A stretch of DNA of 64,000 nucleotides from Iphione sp. A-MEVVRFRX5 (Eukaryota). The stretch lies in contig OZ320315.1 in assembly GCA_976226885.1 (NCBI GenBank), forward strand, positions 97,464,001-97,528,000. The letters are read 5' to 3'. Shown in pieces: positions 23,028 to 34,510 of the stretch (positions within the stretch are counted from its first letter, which is position 1; every line of letters begins with the position of its first letter). The notes below the pieces were generated by a model. That model did not search any database and had not been told where the DNA came from. It was given only the letters and a program-made list of their open reading frames with translations. Made by a program: the position numbers and the translations under genes.

Positions 23028-23180
23028 AAGAGAATACGTGGACATGGTGAAAATACAAATGGCCGTACGAGTTGAGTATGGGAATAATTTTTGAACGAGG
23101 CCGCAGGCCGAGTTCAAAAATTATTCCCATACTCAACGAGTCGGCCGTTTGTATTTTCATCTTGTCCACGTATTCTTTTT
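23028..23180. repeat. Long imperfect palindrome at the Crypton terminus
   Basis: About 75-bp arms around a GCA loop; perfect 26-bp core GTTGAGTATGGGAATAATTTTTGAAC. Confidence 0.93.
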
Positions 23181-23550
23181 ATTATACGGCCTTATTTCAT
23201 TACATCTATTGCATTTCTTACCTTGCAATTGGCGTTCACTGTTGTTTTCGCTGCCATTTTGTATTTTAACAGGAAGTGCGTAATATGAATTTCCGGTTTA
23301 CGGCACTCTGGTTTTTTTTTAGCATTTTAAGTTAATATCCAAGTATAAAGAAACAAATTTGATAAAAAACGTGTTTATTTGTATTTTCAAGAATTCCAAC
23401 ACATGAATTTTCTTATAATGTGGTACTTCTTGAAGGACTCTTTTTTAACGAACTATCGTTTCAAAAGTGGTTATGGTTAATAGCATAACTGCAAGTGCGC
23501 ACATGGACTTGTGCATTTTTTCAACGTTCCGAAATGTGGATATTGTTGAT

Positions 23551-25665
23551 CTACATGTGGAAATTTATATTTATTGTGCTGTTCTGGAACGTATTGCCAG
23601 TAAGCATGCCATGTAGCATTTGCCGTTGAAGCTTCATTGCTTTTGTGTTTCCATCCTCATCCCTGAGTGCCACTTCGCACTGAAAGACAGAGCGAGCGGG
23701 AGGTGAATTAGAGAAGAGAATTTTTTCCTGTTAATTCAAGTGGACAATTACTTAATGAAGATGGACTAGTTTTGTGTTTTTATGTGTGGCTTACCGTTTT
23801 GGTCTGGGAACAAGGAATATCATCATCATCTTCTTCTGGATGCTCGATGCTCGGAGTTGGAGCATCTTCCCTTACAACGGTGGATGTCGGTTTTGTCGCC
23901 TGCACTGGTTGCGCTGCTGCTTCGCTGTTGGTGAGTTGATCCTATAATTAAGTATGAAAGTGCTTCATTATTTGAAATGTTGATGCTTTTATGGTGGCTG
24001 TGGAATTTAGAAAATACGTTTAGAAAATTCCTTTTCAGCAACATGAATACCATATTTTTCAATTTACTTTAAAGAGAAACTTGGGAGGGGTTTTGAGAGT
24101 CGTAATATACATACCGCCCATGTTATGCGTTTTTTCGGAGGTGGTGCGGCCAGGGTGTCGTCATCATCTTTCTTCTTTGAGAGAATGGAAAACATCTGTT
24201 GTTGCTGCTGGTAGGATGCATTGGCGTAGTGTGTGAGACTGCTGACACTCTTGTGCCCAGATAACTGAGCAACAATGACAGGTGGAACTCCAGCGTGAAT
24301 TAAGGAAGAACAGCTTGTCTTCCTTACGGAATGGTTGGTCTTCTTTCCTGATATGCCAGCCTGTTCCGCCATGGTACGCATAATCTTTCCTAGTTCGTTC
24401 ACTCCAAGGGGCGATCTTGCATACCAGATATCTGATGAAGGCTTCCGTCTCAAGTTGATAGCAAGGAAGTACGGTGAGTCGTCTTCGAACGTGCCAGTAG
24501 GCCTATGCCTAGTGTACTCTCTGTGTAGAAATATTGGGCACCTCACGGGGTTATCATTATCTCTCCACATCTTTGGGCTGAAGGCTCGAATATTGCTGCT
24601 ATCTCCCTGGCGGGTTTTTGTGGTGCGTTCCTGAAATTCCAAATAATCATGACCTCTTGCATCCCTCTTCTCTGAAATGTCGCCCCATTTCAGCTGCCGG
24701 GCCTCCTTACGGCCCCTGAACCCCAGGTATTTCGTAAATAAATACCATAGGGCATTTCGTAACACACGTGGATCGTCAGGGCCCATCAGCTTTTTGGACC
24801 AAAGGATGTCCTCCTCATCCGGGGTGATCGCATCCGACTACAAAAGAAATGTATTCAGCAATTTTTTAGCATTTTTTCTGTATATTCAGATATTAGTTCA
24901 GTAATTTTTTCGTAATGCTATTGTTTCAGTATTCCATGCCGTTACTGTGAATAAGACAAGGAAGTGTCGTCTGCTACACTCTACGAATGAATGAATGTAA
25001 ACAATGTAGACTAAGTGGTGTTCAGACTATTTATGCGAATTGGTTAGCATGAATATAAAAAATATTTTAAGTTTAACACTCACCTTGCATGGTTTATTGC
25101 CTAAACCCTGCGACTTGAGGTGTTTCTTCTTGCTCTCTATTATTTTTGGGCATGTCTCGAAGTCGGGTTCAATCACAATGTTCTTGCCATATTTTCGCTC
25201 CTCCAAGTGCCTTTTGATGCTGCTGAACATCGAAGTGAGTGTTGAGGGTTCATATTCCTCTCCTGAGGTTTTTGTAGCGTGGAGGAAAAACTTTCCTAGC
25301 AAAATATCAAGTTGTTTCGATGGGATCGTCTCCAGTGCCCGTCCTTCTCCTATTTCGCGGAAGTATTCGTTCACCTTTGTAACATCGCGGACTGTTTTCT
25401 TCACGGTCTCAGGGTTTCTTTTACCAAGGATGTATTTCCTTAATTCTTTTTCATCTTCTTCAAAGTCACTGCCGTTGTCATAGAAAATGACCGCTGGTTC
25501 ATCAGGCTTGGATGACACGTCTGGTTCAGGAATTAATTCCACTACTTCGGCCTGTTCTGCTGCTTCATTTTCACCCTGGTAACCAGTAAATATGACTTCC
25601 TCAGGTCCAGCAGCTATCCACTCCGATAAACTCATGTTGAGCTTCGCAATATCTCTTTCTCCCAT
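23551..25665 (-). CDS. Crypton tyrosine recombinase (DUF3504/KCTD1-like), 4 predicted exons, 526 aa
   Basis: Exons 25665-25084, 24837-24115, 23941-23795, 23679-23551. Three phase-0 GT-AG introns (GTGAGT, GTATGT, GTAAGC donors). Splicing gives GNKPCK-SDAITPDEEDILW. Catalytic-type motifs GFRGRKE, TKTRQG, NHSVRKT, SGHKS, LTHY; C-terminus GNTFQNSTININF. The first intron is the best supported. Confidence 0.85.
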
Positions 25666-25809
25666 TATCCTGGAAGAACGCACGGCTTGCACTGCATATT
25701 TCTACTATTTTCCAGCAGGAGGCGCTGCCGCGGTAGTGCCGTACAATATGGATTACTGAACCCCCCTGCGAGTGCATTAATTTTACCCTGTATCAGCATT
25801 GCCGTATAA

Positions 25810-26417
25810 TAAATTGTTATTTTCATGTCACTCGGTACATGGTCAGTAATTCCATTTATACAGATTGCAAAGCCTAAGGGCCCAAACGTACTATCTTGTG
25901 GTATGCCAAATTTCTGTGGTAAAAGTTGGGATACACAGTTATTTACATTGACATATTGAAACCTATTCGTGAAATGATTTTGTATAAGTGATATCGTGGA
26001 GTTGTCTGCACCCTCAATCTTCAATATGCGTACTATTAGGTCTTGATTGAGTACATCCAAAGCCTTAGTTAGGTCAAAGGCAGCAATGGAGACTAAGTAA
26101 CCATCATTGATATAATCCATGCAATTTTTTAGTATACTTGCCATAGCCGTTTTGGTCGATCTCTTGGGTAGGAACCAATATTGATGAGGCGACCAGAATT
26201 CATTAATGAATAGTTGAGTGATTAGTATTTGACAAAAGATTTTTTCAAATAATTTTCCTGGTAGGGGCAGATTGCTTATTGGTCTGTAATTACTAACAAT
26301 ATTTTTATCACCTTTCTTGTGGATGGGTACAACCCTGGCAATTTTCCATGCATCAATGTATATACCACTTCGTAAGACAGCATTGAACAGCACAGTAAGA
26401 GTACAAGTTGATATTTT
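25810..26417 (-). pseudogene. LINE copy B2, middle segment (RT N-terminal half)
   Basis: WKIARVVPIHKKG, YRPISNLPLPGKLFEK, FDLTKALD, GIPQDSTFGPLGF, ending in DMKITI-Y at the Crypton junction. Confidence 0.9.
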
Positions 26418-26963
26418 AAGGGATGAGCTGTGCGCAATCTAGCCATTATTCGCCAAAGGTGGTGCTGGGATACTGGATGTCCTGGGTGTGGAGGGAACCG
26501 AAGCCTACGCTAATGTGGCTAAGAGGTTCCCCAGGGCGGGCCCTTGATATGACGTCACTATTCCCACTAGATTAATCCTAATCAAACGTCATGAACTCAT
26601 TTAATTAGAGTATTAATCACGTGGTCAGTGACGTCATCCAAGGGATGATTTGTCTACCGCGCCAGTATCCCTGCACCTGGACCTCACTGGTCCTTGGGAG
26701 GGAAGAAACCCTAGCCGAGGCCTGTGAAATGGTCCGCAGACGAGTAGGGATTTCGGGAGCCAAGTCCCTTGTCCCTAACAAAAAGCCACTCCAGAGCCGA
26801 GTTAAGAAAAAACTTGGCCACAAAGCCTTTATTTCTGAGGACACATTGGTGGTAACGACAGAGTGACAAAAAATATGCTTACTGTAAGGCAGTTACAAGT
26901 ACCAACACGCTTAGTCTGTGGCCTATTCGTGCTTTCCAGGATCGTGCGACAGAATTCTCCTGG

Positions 26964-28148
26964 TCACCGAATCGGCCTTTTATAGAAGCGCGTAAACGTT
27001 GACTCATTGGCCCAACCTCCTGCCTTCAGGATTGTATCCAGTGGCAGTCCCATTTGCAGGCCCTTGCTGTTAGAGGCCGATCTCGTACTGTGGGCCGTGA
27101 AGGTGTCCATGTCTAGGCCACAGGACTTCAGGGTGTCTTTGGTATACTTGGCCAGCGTTGACCCCGTCACAGGGACCTTGTGGGAGTAGCCCACAAACAG
27201 TGCACCCTTGTGATTGAAACCGTCTGTTGCAGTGATATACGTTGCAAGGTGGTCATAGACGCACAACGTCTTGTCCTCAAACAGGTGAAACGTCAAGGTG
27301 GGGTTCTCGAAATTCTGTCTCGAGTGCTCCAGACTTCTGGAGATCCTGATTGTGCAGGTGTCGTGGTCGAACCGGACGTCCTCTCTTTTTGCGACTTGGA
27401 GGGTCTGCACTCTCTGCCCGGAGGCCAGTAGGCATAGGGTCACCGTCTTCTTGGTGAGCCTCTCCAGGTTGAGAGTGTGTGCCTCACCCCATGTGGCCAG
27501 TCTCCTCAGCACTGGGCCTACGTCCCAGACATCTTTGTGTTTGGCCACAAAGGGTTTGGCTTGCCTGACTCCCCGCATAAACCTCATGACATGCGGGTGC
27601 AAGCCAAAGGTGAGGTTACCCTCCAATATCACAAAACTGGAGAGTAGGCTGCGAGCCGCATTGATGGTGGAATAGGATAGGTCCTCCTTGACGAGCCCTT
27701 CCAAGAACTCTAAGGCATGCAGGAGGCCGGGAGCCCTTGAGTCCACTCCGTTGGCCGTGCAGAAGGCCTCGAAGCGGGTTAGCAGAGACAAGTACTGCTT
27801 CTTGGAGGACACGGCCCAGCCCTGGGCCATGCGTTGGGCGATCGGCCCCGGGAGCCCGACCCCCATGAGCCCGACCCCCATGAGCTTCGCCGTCATAGGG
27901 TCAGGATCCAGAGGTTCATCCTCCCTGCGCACGGGTGGTGTTCTTGGTGGCCCCGTGTCAGCGTGTCTGTCTCCACCGGCAGCCGTCTCTCCGCTCTGAA
28001 GGGCAGTGTCCTGGCTGCATTGTACCAGGGCTGTGTCCTCCAATGCGGGAGGATCAACAGCCCCCGTGGTCTCTCCCATCTGATCTTGTGTAGGACCCTG
28101 GGGATAACAGAGAACAGGGGAAAGATGAGCGCATGCAGACCTGTCCAA
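26964..28148 (-). CDS. DIRS tyrosine recombinase, 394 aa
   Basis: SGQRVQTL (R), HSTRSAS (HxxR), AGGWANESTFTRFY (W, Y). Confidence 0.93.
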   Translation of the reverse strand: MDRSACAHLSPVLCYPQGPTQDQMGETTGAVDPPALEDTALVQCSQDTALQSGETAAGGDRHADTGPPRTPPVRREDEPLDPDPMTAKLMGVGLMGVGLPGPIAQRMAQGWAVSSKKQYLSLLTRFEAFCTANGVDSRAPGLLHALEFLEGLVKEDLSYSTINAARSLLSSFVILEGNLTFGLHPHVMRFMRGVRQAKPFVAKHKDVWDVGPVLRRLATWGEAHTLNLERLTKKTVTLCLLASGQRVQTLQVAKREDVRFDHDTCTIRISRSLEHSRQNFENPTLTFHLFEDKTLCVYDHLATYITATDGFNHKGALFVGYSHKVPVTGSTLAKYTKDTLKSCGLDMDTFTAHSTRSASNSKGLQMGLPLDTILKAGGWANESTFTRFYKRPIR

Positions 28149-29913
28149 TCAAGGGAAAAAAGCATCACAGGCAAAGGCCTCTGGGTCATATCCCCAGGAG
28201 ACATAACGGTCACATTTACAGTTATGACTGGAGGCAAACAGGTCTATGTCAATACGGGTGTGCCCCCCCCCCCTTTCCTCTTCAAGGAGAGTGGCAAACA
28301 CGGCAGGGTTGAGAGCCCACTCCCCGCAGTCCTTGTATTGCCGGCTAGCCTCGTCCGCCATGATGTTGTCCACCCCCGCACAGAAGGCCATCGTCAGGGT
28401 GATTTTCCTTTTCTCACAGAAAACTAGGATCTCCCTTGCCAGATCATTGCAGGGTGGTGATCTGGCCGATCCCTTGTTCTGGATGGTCAGCAGCGTGGTG
28501 GTGTTGTCCGTATGTATACGGACGTGCTTCCCCACGCACAGGCTCTCTGCTTGGATCAGTGCTGCCTTCACTGCCCAGAGTTCCAGCTCGTTGATGTGTC
28601 TCTGAGCTGTACGTGTCGTACAGGCCTCTCTGTACGACCAATTTGTGGATTCCACATACATGCCCCAGCCCGTCTTTGATGCGTCTGTATAAATCTCGAC
28701 TTGGACTGGGGGATCTTTTATGGCTCGGGCGTCCTTGCCGATGTGCCCTATCCACCATTGCAGGTCCCGCTTGGATCTCTCTGAGATTGTGGTGGTGGCC
28801 TGATAGTCTCCCCGGGAGGCTAGGAGGCCTTGATTCTTGTCCAACACCAGGTTCATTGTGTAAAGGTGGGCCAGGGGTATGGCCTGTGAGGTGGCCTGTA
28901 GTTTGCCAGCCAGGCAGGCCAGCTGCCTGACCGAGGCGGAGTCCTTACGCAGGTACTCCATGCAAACCTTCTTTATGTCCGCCACCTTCCCTGCCGGCAA
29001 ACTGACCGTGAGCGAGGGTGAGTCGATCACGAAGCCCAGATGTTCTACTCGCTGCATGGACGTCAGCACCGACTTATCCGGATGGATGAGGAACCCCAAG
29101 TCCTGTAGCATCTCGACCAGGACCTTGGTGCCCTGAGATACTACCCCAGCATCTCTGTGGCAGACCAGAATGTCATCAAGGTAGGCCGAGATGATGGCAT
29201 CGGTGCGCTGCCTGACATCGCCCAACACTGCTTGCATCATCTTGGTGAACATCCGCGGTGCGGATGCCAACCCGTTCGGTAGGCAAGTGAAGTGGTACCT
29301 GTCCTTCCCCAGTATGAACTGGAGGAAGTCCCTGTCTCTGTCCCGGACCGCAACCGAGAAGTATGCATGAACAATGTCCACTGATGTAAAGTAGAAATTC
29401 CTCCCTATCAGAGGGAGGACGGCTGGCAGATTGTCCATCTTGAAATGTTGGTGGGGGACCCATTCGTTGAACCTCTTAAGGTTCAGGATCACTCTGTGGG
29501 TCCCATCCTTCTTGGGCCTTAGGAAGAACGTGGATACAAAAGCATGGTCCAAAGGACCCGCCTTCTCCATGACTCCTTCCTCCAACATGCCGTCGACCAG
29601 CCGGCGGAAGATGTCAAAATCCTTGTGCGATTCCGGTACCGACGGAGTGGTATCCTGGGAAACCGGAGAGGTCTAGGGTAACTCCTCGCACTAAGCCGCG
29701 GATGTAGGAGTTCCCCGTCAGGTGGTCCCAGCTGTCTGCCCTGTCTGCCACTCTCCCTGCTCTAAAGGGTCCTGGGGAGAGAGTACATGATACACGACAC
29801 TCAACCGGGGAAGTAGGCAAACTGGTACCCACCTCTACTTCTTCGGCCTCTGGTTCTTGTGTGTGGCAGACCTCTTGGTCTGCCGGCGCTGGCCATTTTT
29901 TGACTGCTGGCAA
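27893..29913 (-). pseudogene. DIRS pol: RT, RNase H and N6-adenine methyltransferase-like domain; two frameshifts (about 29650 and 28156-28161)
   Basis: PKKDGTHRVILNLK, CLPNGLASAPRMFTK, YLDD, IYTDAS, HINELEL, TDN, MADEASR, IDLFAS. After the frameshift: SLDW...FP.FSVIPRVLHKI...PHWRTQPWY. Confidence 0.92.
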
Positions 29914-31248
29914 TGCCCACCGCCTCCGCTGCTGTGGCTGGAGTGACTCTGCTGGCTGCTGCCACCTTGGCGTCCGTGATGGGGGCCGCTATACCCAGGC
30001 ATGCCCTGGTGGGCCTGGGGCCTCGGTGTCGTTTGCGCCGGCTTTGAAGGGGGGCGGCGCGTCGTCAGCGTCTGCTCGAGCTTCCGGGCCTCTGAGCATT
30101 CCCTGACCCAGTCCGGAATGTTCTCGCCCAGCAGAAGCTCCCAGTCCTCCTGGGGCCCAGTCAGGCAGAGTCGGCGATAGGCCGGCGGAAGCCGGTAGCG
30201 GATGATGTCTCTCCTCTGGTGGTTGAGGAGATAGGACTCTCTGCCCATCAGCTTCATAGATGTGGTCACCCTTGCGACCATCTCCTTGGGGTTGAGTGGT
30301 TGCCCTGCATTGTACGCGCTGACGATATCAAGCAGAGGCAGGGTGGCGAACTGGTTCAGGTGGAGGATTTCCGCCACCTGCTTGTCACGGCTGATGTCCG
30401 AGTCCTTGAGCATGAGCTCCGTGTTCAGCTTAGTCCTCTTCAGGACTTTGAGGTTTTCTGGCCTCTCCAGAGTGTCTGTGAGCTCCTTGGCCTTGGCCCT
30501 GGTCAGGGGGAAGTTCCAGTACATGGTGACAAGTCTTTCCACCGCTTCAGATGCGGCCGCTGTCACCTTGTCCTCCACAGGGGGGCGCTCTCCCTGGAAC
30601 TCTTCCAGGCGACTGCTCTGAGCCGAGGCCTGGGCTACCGGGGCATTCCCAGCCGGATCTGACGCCGGTGCGGGAGCGCCCGGCGGGTCCTGTGGCACTT
30701 GCCAAATGTCCATTGGGGCGGGGTCCACGGGGGCTGACAGTACGCTGTCCTCCTCCCATGGTTCCTCCTCGCTGCTGGAGTACTCCGAGCTGGAGATCTG
30801 GTGTCTCCGTCTCTTGTGCTCCCTGTACCGGGGGGACTCGCTGCAGCCTAGGCCCATGCGGTCCACACAGGCCTCCGCCATGCAACGCATCGCCATGAGC
30901 ATCTGCTCGCTGCCGAAGGCTCTGCCCCAGTCGGCCGAGCCCCCTGAGGTGCGTCTCGATGACGACCGGGACCTAGACCGGGATCCCGAACCGGACCCTG
31001 ATCTAGATCGAACGCGGCGCTGCTTCCGATCCGTCCTCTGGGACCTACCCCTGTCGGGGATGGCCTCCGAGGCCAGCTTCGAGCCCGATGGCTTGCCATG
31101 TCCCGGTTTGGGAGTGGTCGCTCCTGACCTGGGGGTCTGCTTGGTGACGCCGCCCTTCGACCCTTTGTGGACGACCGGATTTGGGTGTCATCCAGATTTT
31201 CCTGAGGGTCAATCTGGCCACATTGAAGAGTGGGGAAGGTTCTGCCAT
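29835..31248 (-). pseudogene. DIRS gag-like ORF; open 29835 to about 31185, with a probable frameshift near 31170
   Basis: ERPENLKVLKRTKLNTEL, NHQRRDII, LLGENIP; Arg/Ser-rich N-terminus; position upstream of pol. Confidence 0.75.
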
Positions 31249-31427
31249 GGTGAGATGGTGGTGAAGATCTTCTGGAGTTCCACTGGACTTCTTTACTGAT
31301 CAGCAAGTGGTCAGCAGATGTCTGGATTCCTCTCCAGGGGTCCCTTAAGAACCCCTCCCAGGTGCTTACACCCAGGTCCACTCTCTCACTCTTATCACTG
31401 AACAAACGATAAGGGATGGGGGTCCAT

Positions 31428-31490
31428 GTTTGGACCGTCCCCCACCCTCGTTTGGACTGTCCCCTTGCTCTCGTTTGGACTGTCCCCCCC
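31428..31490. repeat. Three 22-23 bp tandem repeats in the DIRS 5' region
   Basis: GTTTGGAC(C/T)GTCCCC at 31428, 31450 and 31473. Confidence 0.85.
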
Positions 31491-32504
31491 TTTGCCATCT
31501 CTGGCCATCTTGGCCATCAATGCCAAACCATAGGAAGGGGCAGTGTTATTGCGATAACTTATGAACCGTTGGTCCTATGTGCACGAAATTTCGTGTGCGT
31601 GCTTCTGAGACCCATGCGCAAGTTTTTCAGAACAAAGGACTCTGAGGCCTGAGGTCTTCTGACATGGTGTCTCCCGCACTCGACCCCGGCGAAAGCGTAA
31701 CCACTGTTTCGGCATAACTTTGCCGCAAATTGTTGTATTGACTTTATTTTTGGAACGTACGTAGCCCCGGATAGGGTGGATGTGCACACTAATTTTAAGA
31801 GCAATCGAAGCATATTAGCAGGACTTATGGCCGAGGGACCATAACAAAGTGGTCATAGTCCCAGAGGGAGTCTACTCGCAGGTCTGTGCCGCGTCTTCGG
31901 CTGCACCTCCGGGGGGATGGTACAAACATTTTCAGGTGCCTCCACCCACGTCCGCTTTCCCATGACGTCACAGGACTCGGGAGCCCGTGGGAGACCCCGT
32001 ATTGGGGTTGGCCTTTGTACCTGCGTGCGCATCCGTACGGAGCTACGACTTTGTGGGAACATAGTGTGTAAGTTGTGTGTACTTTTCCCAAAGTTTGGGC
32101 GGGCTGCGGCCATTTTGGATTTTTGCTCCAAAGTTATTCAGAGTGTTCCCGGAGCGGTCCGGGAGCACTGCGGGCCAGTGATGCTACCAGTATGTTACCA
32201 TGTTCAGCTTCGACATTCCCCAGGAAGGCCAGGGTGTGTCGGAAGGGGGGGTTATTCTCATAGAGAACATACCCCTAGGCAAAATGTGAATATGCCAGGA
32301 CTGTATTTGGCCAGAAGGAGAGCCTCGTACAACCCTTACATACTCAAGGTGTCCCCCCTCTCTCAGCATCAGCTGAGGGAGGAGAGGACAGACTAGGTCA
32401 CGAGGAGCGTTGGGACACGTCCGCACGCTCCAAGCAACAAGCACAGAATGGCTAGATTGCGCACAGCTCATCCCTTGGATGACGTCACTGACCACGTGAT
32501 TAAT

Positions 32505-32680
32505 TCATGTTGCGATGCAATATCTGCAATCTGCAATAAATCCTTGCCGGGAAAAAAGTGCACATTCACCAAGAAGTGTTCCCGCCATAGATCGTAGTCT
32601 ACATTTCTCCCATGAGAATCAGTAAAAATATACTGATCGCTTGGGTTAGTCACGGACCTCACGAATAAGTGCCATTTCAA
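32505..32680 (-). pseudogene. N-terminus of the SGNH-like ORF of copy B2, cut by the DIRS element
   Basis: YIFTDSHGR...VHFFPGKDL, homologous to B1 VFSDS...VHCFPGKG. Confidence 0.7.
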
Positions 32681-34310
32681 TCAACACTCCGCGTGTGTGT
32701 TACTGTTCTTTGAACAATGACGAGCGGAGCAAGTAGATGCCCTAGCTGGTTGGTACCAATATAGGTGCCGTTTTCAATGTCAGGTGACCTTAGGCCACAC
32801 CCAGCATCCCAGAAACTGTCCTGAGTTGCCTCTATCAACATTTGATAATCCGTTTCCAACAGTTTGTCGGTGAGGTAGTTGTTCTGCTCAAATTTTTCTC
32901 GAACGCCCACCCTATGAACCTTCCAACTATCATCCATAACAATACCTGCTGCCTTGGCTTTTATGTGGATGGGGTCACGCAGTTGAAATAGCTCAGTAAG
33001 TTTGTGACCATCCTTCATATGCATTGCTTTGGCTACTGCAAAAGCTTGTTCGGCGCAATTGAATTTATTTCCCTTCCATACAAATTCACAGGGAAGGAAG
33101 GATGATGCATCCCATTGAAAGCTAGGCCTACTTCAGTAATTACCTCGGACGCACTCTCCAATGAGAGATTTGAGGGGAGCTTATGTAATGAGGTACTTGT
33201 ATATGTTTGGCCCTTTATAATTAGCCGGTCATTCTCCAATTTGGCAGTAATCCCCAGAGATTTTGCTCTTTGAAAGACCAATCATAGGTCGTTCCTTGAT
33301 GATTGGTCAATTGATGTCAGATCATCATTTAACCAGACTCCCTTTGTATTCTTCAATTTTGATTTATTGCATATGATATCTTGTTTGGTAGAAGTTTTCA
33401 CAAAGCTAACCAGAATGTCCTTGTGCTTACCCTCTCTCTTTGGCCCTAGTCTGAAGCATAAATCTATCGCAGTACCGATTATTGTGGGGACCGGAATGTT
33501 CGGAATTGCGATCACTTTTCTAATCAAATCATTATGATTTTTCCTGATCAGACTCGTTAATTCCGGCAATTATAATGTTATTCTTCCTCTGAATTTCGTT
33601 CCCTTTCCATATCATTTGCATCACAAGACGTAAGTCGTTCCTTTACAAAGTTTAGTTCACACCTATGCGATTTTGAGTCTCCCTTGAGAATCTCTATTTC
33701 TGCACGTAGCTTGGCTATCGATGCGCTGCAAAAACATGGAGGTTTCTCCTGTGCTGCATTCATCTGTTTACGTAAGTCAGAGATATCCTGGGCATTAGTC
33801 TTTGTTTGGTTCTCAAGCTGTTTAACAAGTGCAGTGGTTTCTCGATTACTCTGTTTAATTGTTTCTGGTCACTTACGTAAGTTTTTGTTTCAATCGAGGC
33901 AGTCATGGTTGTTAGCGTCTGTGCGATAGCACTCATTTGGTTCACAAGACCTACAAAGTCCGAACCAAATTTTATTGGTTGAGAGTCATCTTGGTTTATT
34001 TCATCCTCGCCCTTATTTTTCTTGGGAAGAGGGAAAGTAGGTGGTGAGCCATGGTCACGTTTTTGATTTTCCAGTGTTGGACATCCCTGACTGGTTAATA
34101 GTCCCACCCACTAGATGATCATGTACAATTTTGGGGGCTAGAGTGATCATGAACCAATTCGAGGGGCATATTACCAGTATTCCACGTGATTGTGTCAATA
34201 AGGTTTGCTGTGATATTGTCCATAGGTAATAAGTTCACTTTGTCGTCAGGGTCTGTTACTTTCAAAATCGATTGAGGAGTGGAACACAGCAGTTGTATGG
34301 TGGATAGCAT
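32677..34310 (-). pseudogene. ORF1-NADAR of copy B2 (several stops and frameshifts)
   Basis: IDLCFRLGPKREG and VWLNDDLT (L1-type RRM/CTD); FNCAEQAFAVAKA; EKFEQNNYLTDKLLET...EATQDSFWDAG...GTNQLGHLL. Confidence 0.88.
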
Positions 34311-34510
34311 TGGCGGCAGTTGAGAGTCTTAAAATTAGATCTCGAAGTTTAGCGCTTGCAGTTAGGCACTGCATGGACAAATTATCACTCATGGTCAGCA
34401 GTCAACAAAAGTTGGTTATTTTACTCCAATGAGAAAAATGTTACGACTATGTATGTGCCCAGGTTATGCACTACACTCAAATGAATGTATACTCACAGTT
34501 TATGTAGTAT

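Larger units (their letters stand above)
23026..25809 (-). mobile_element. Crypton (tyrosine-recombinase DNA transposon), apparently complete
   Basis: Flanked by TA at 23024-23025 and 25810-25811. Removing it plus one TA restores LINE codons ACA ATT TAT GCA GAT GAC. Terminal hairpin at 23028-23180. Inverted 10-mer ATTATACGGC (23181-23190) / GCCGTATAAT (25801-25810). Confidence 0.9.
26418..32504 (-). mobile_element. DIRS1-like tyrosine-recombinase retrotransposon, near-intact
   Basis: Gag, RT-RNaseH-methyltransferase and overlapping YR ORFs. 30-bp ITR pair at 26418-26447 and 32447-32476. 37-bp internal complementary region 26612-26648 matches 32468-32504. Confidence 0.95.
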
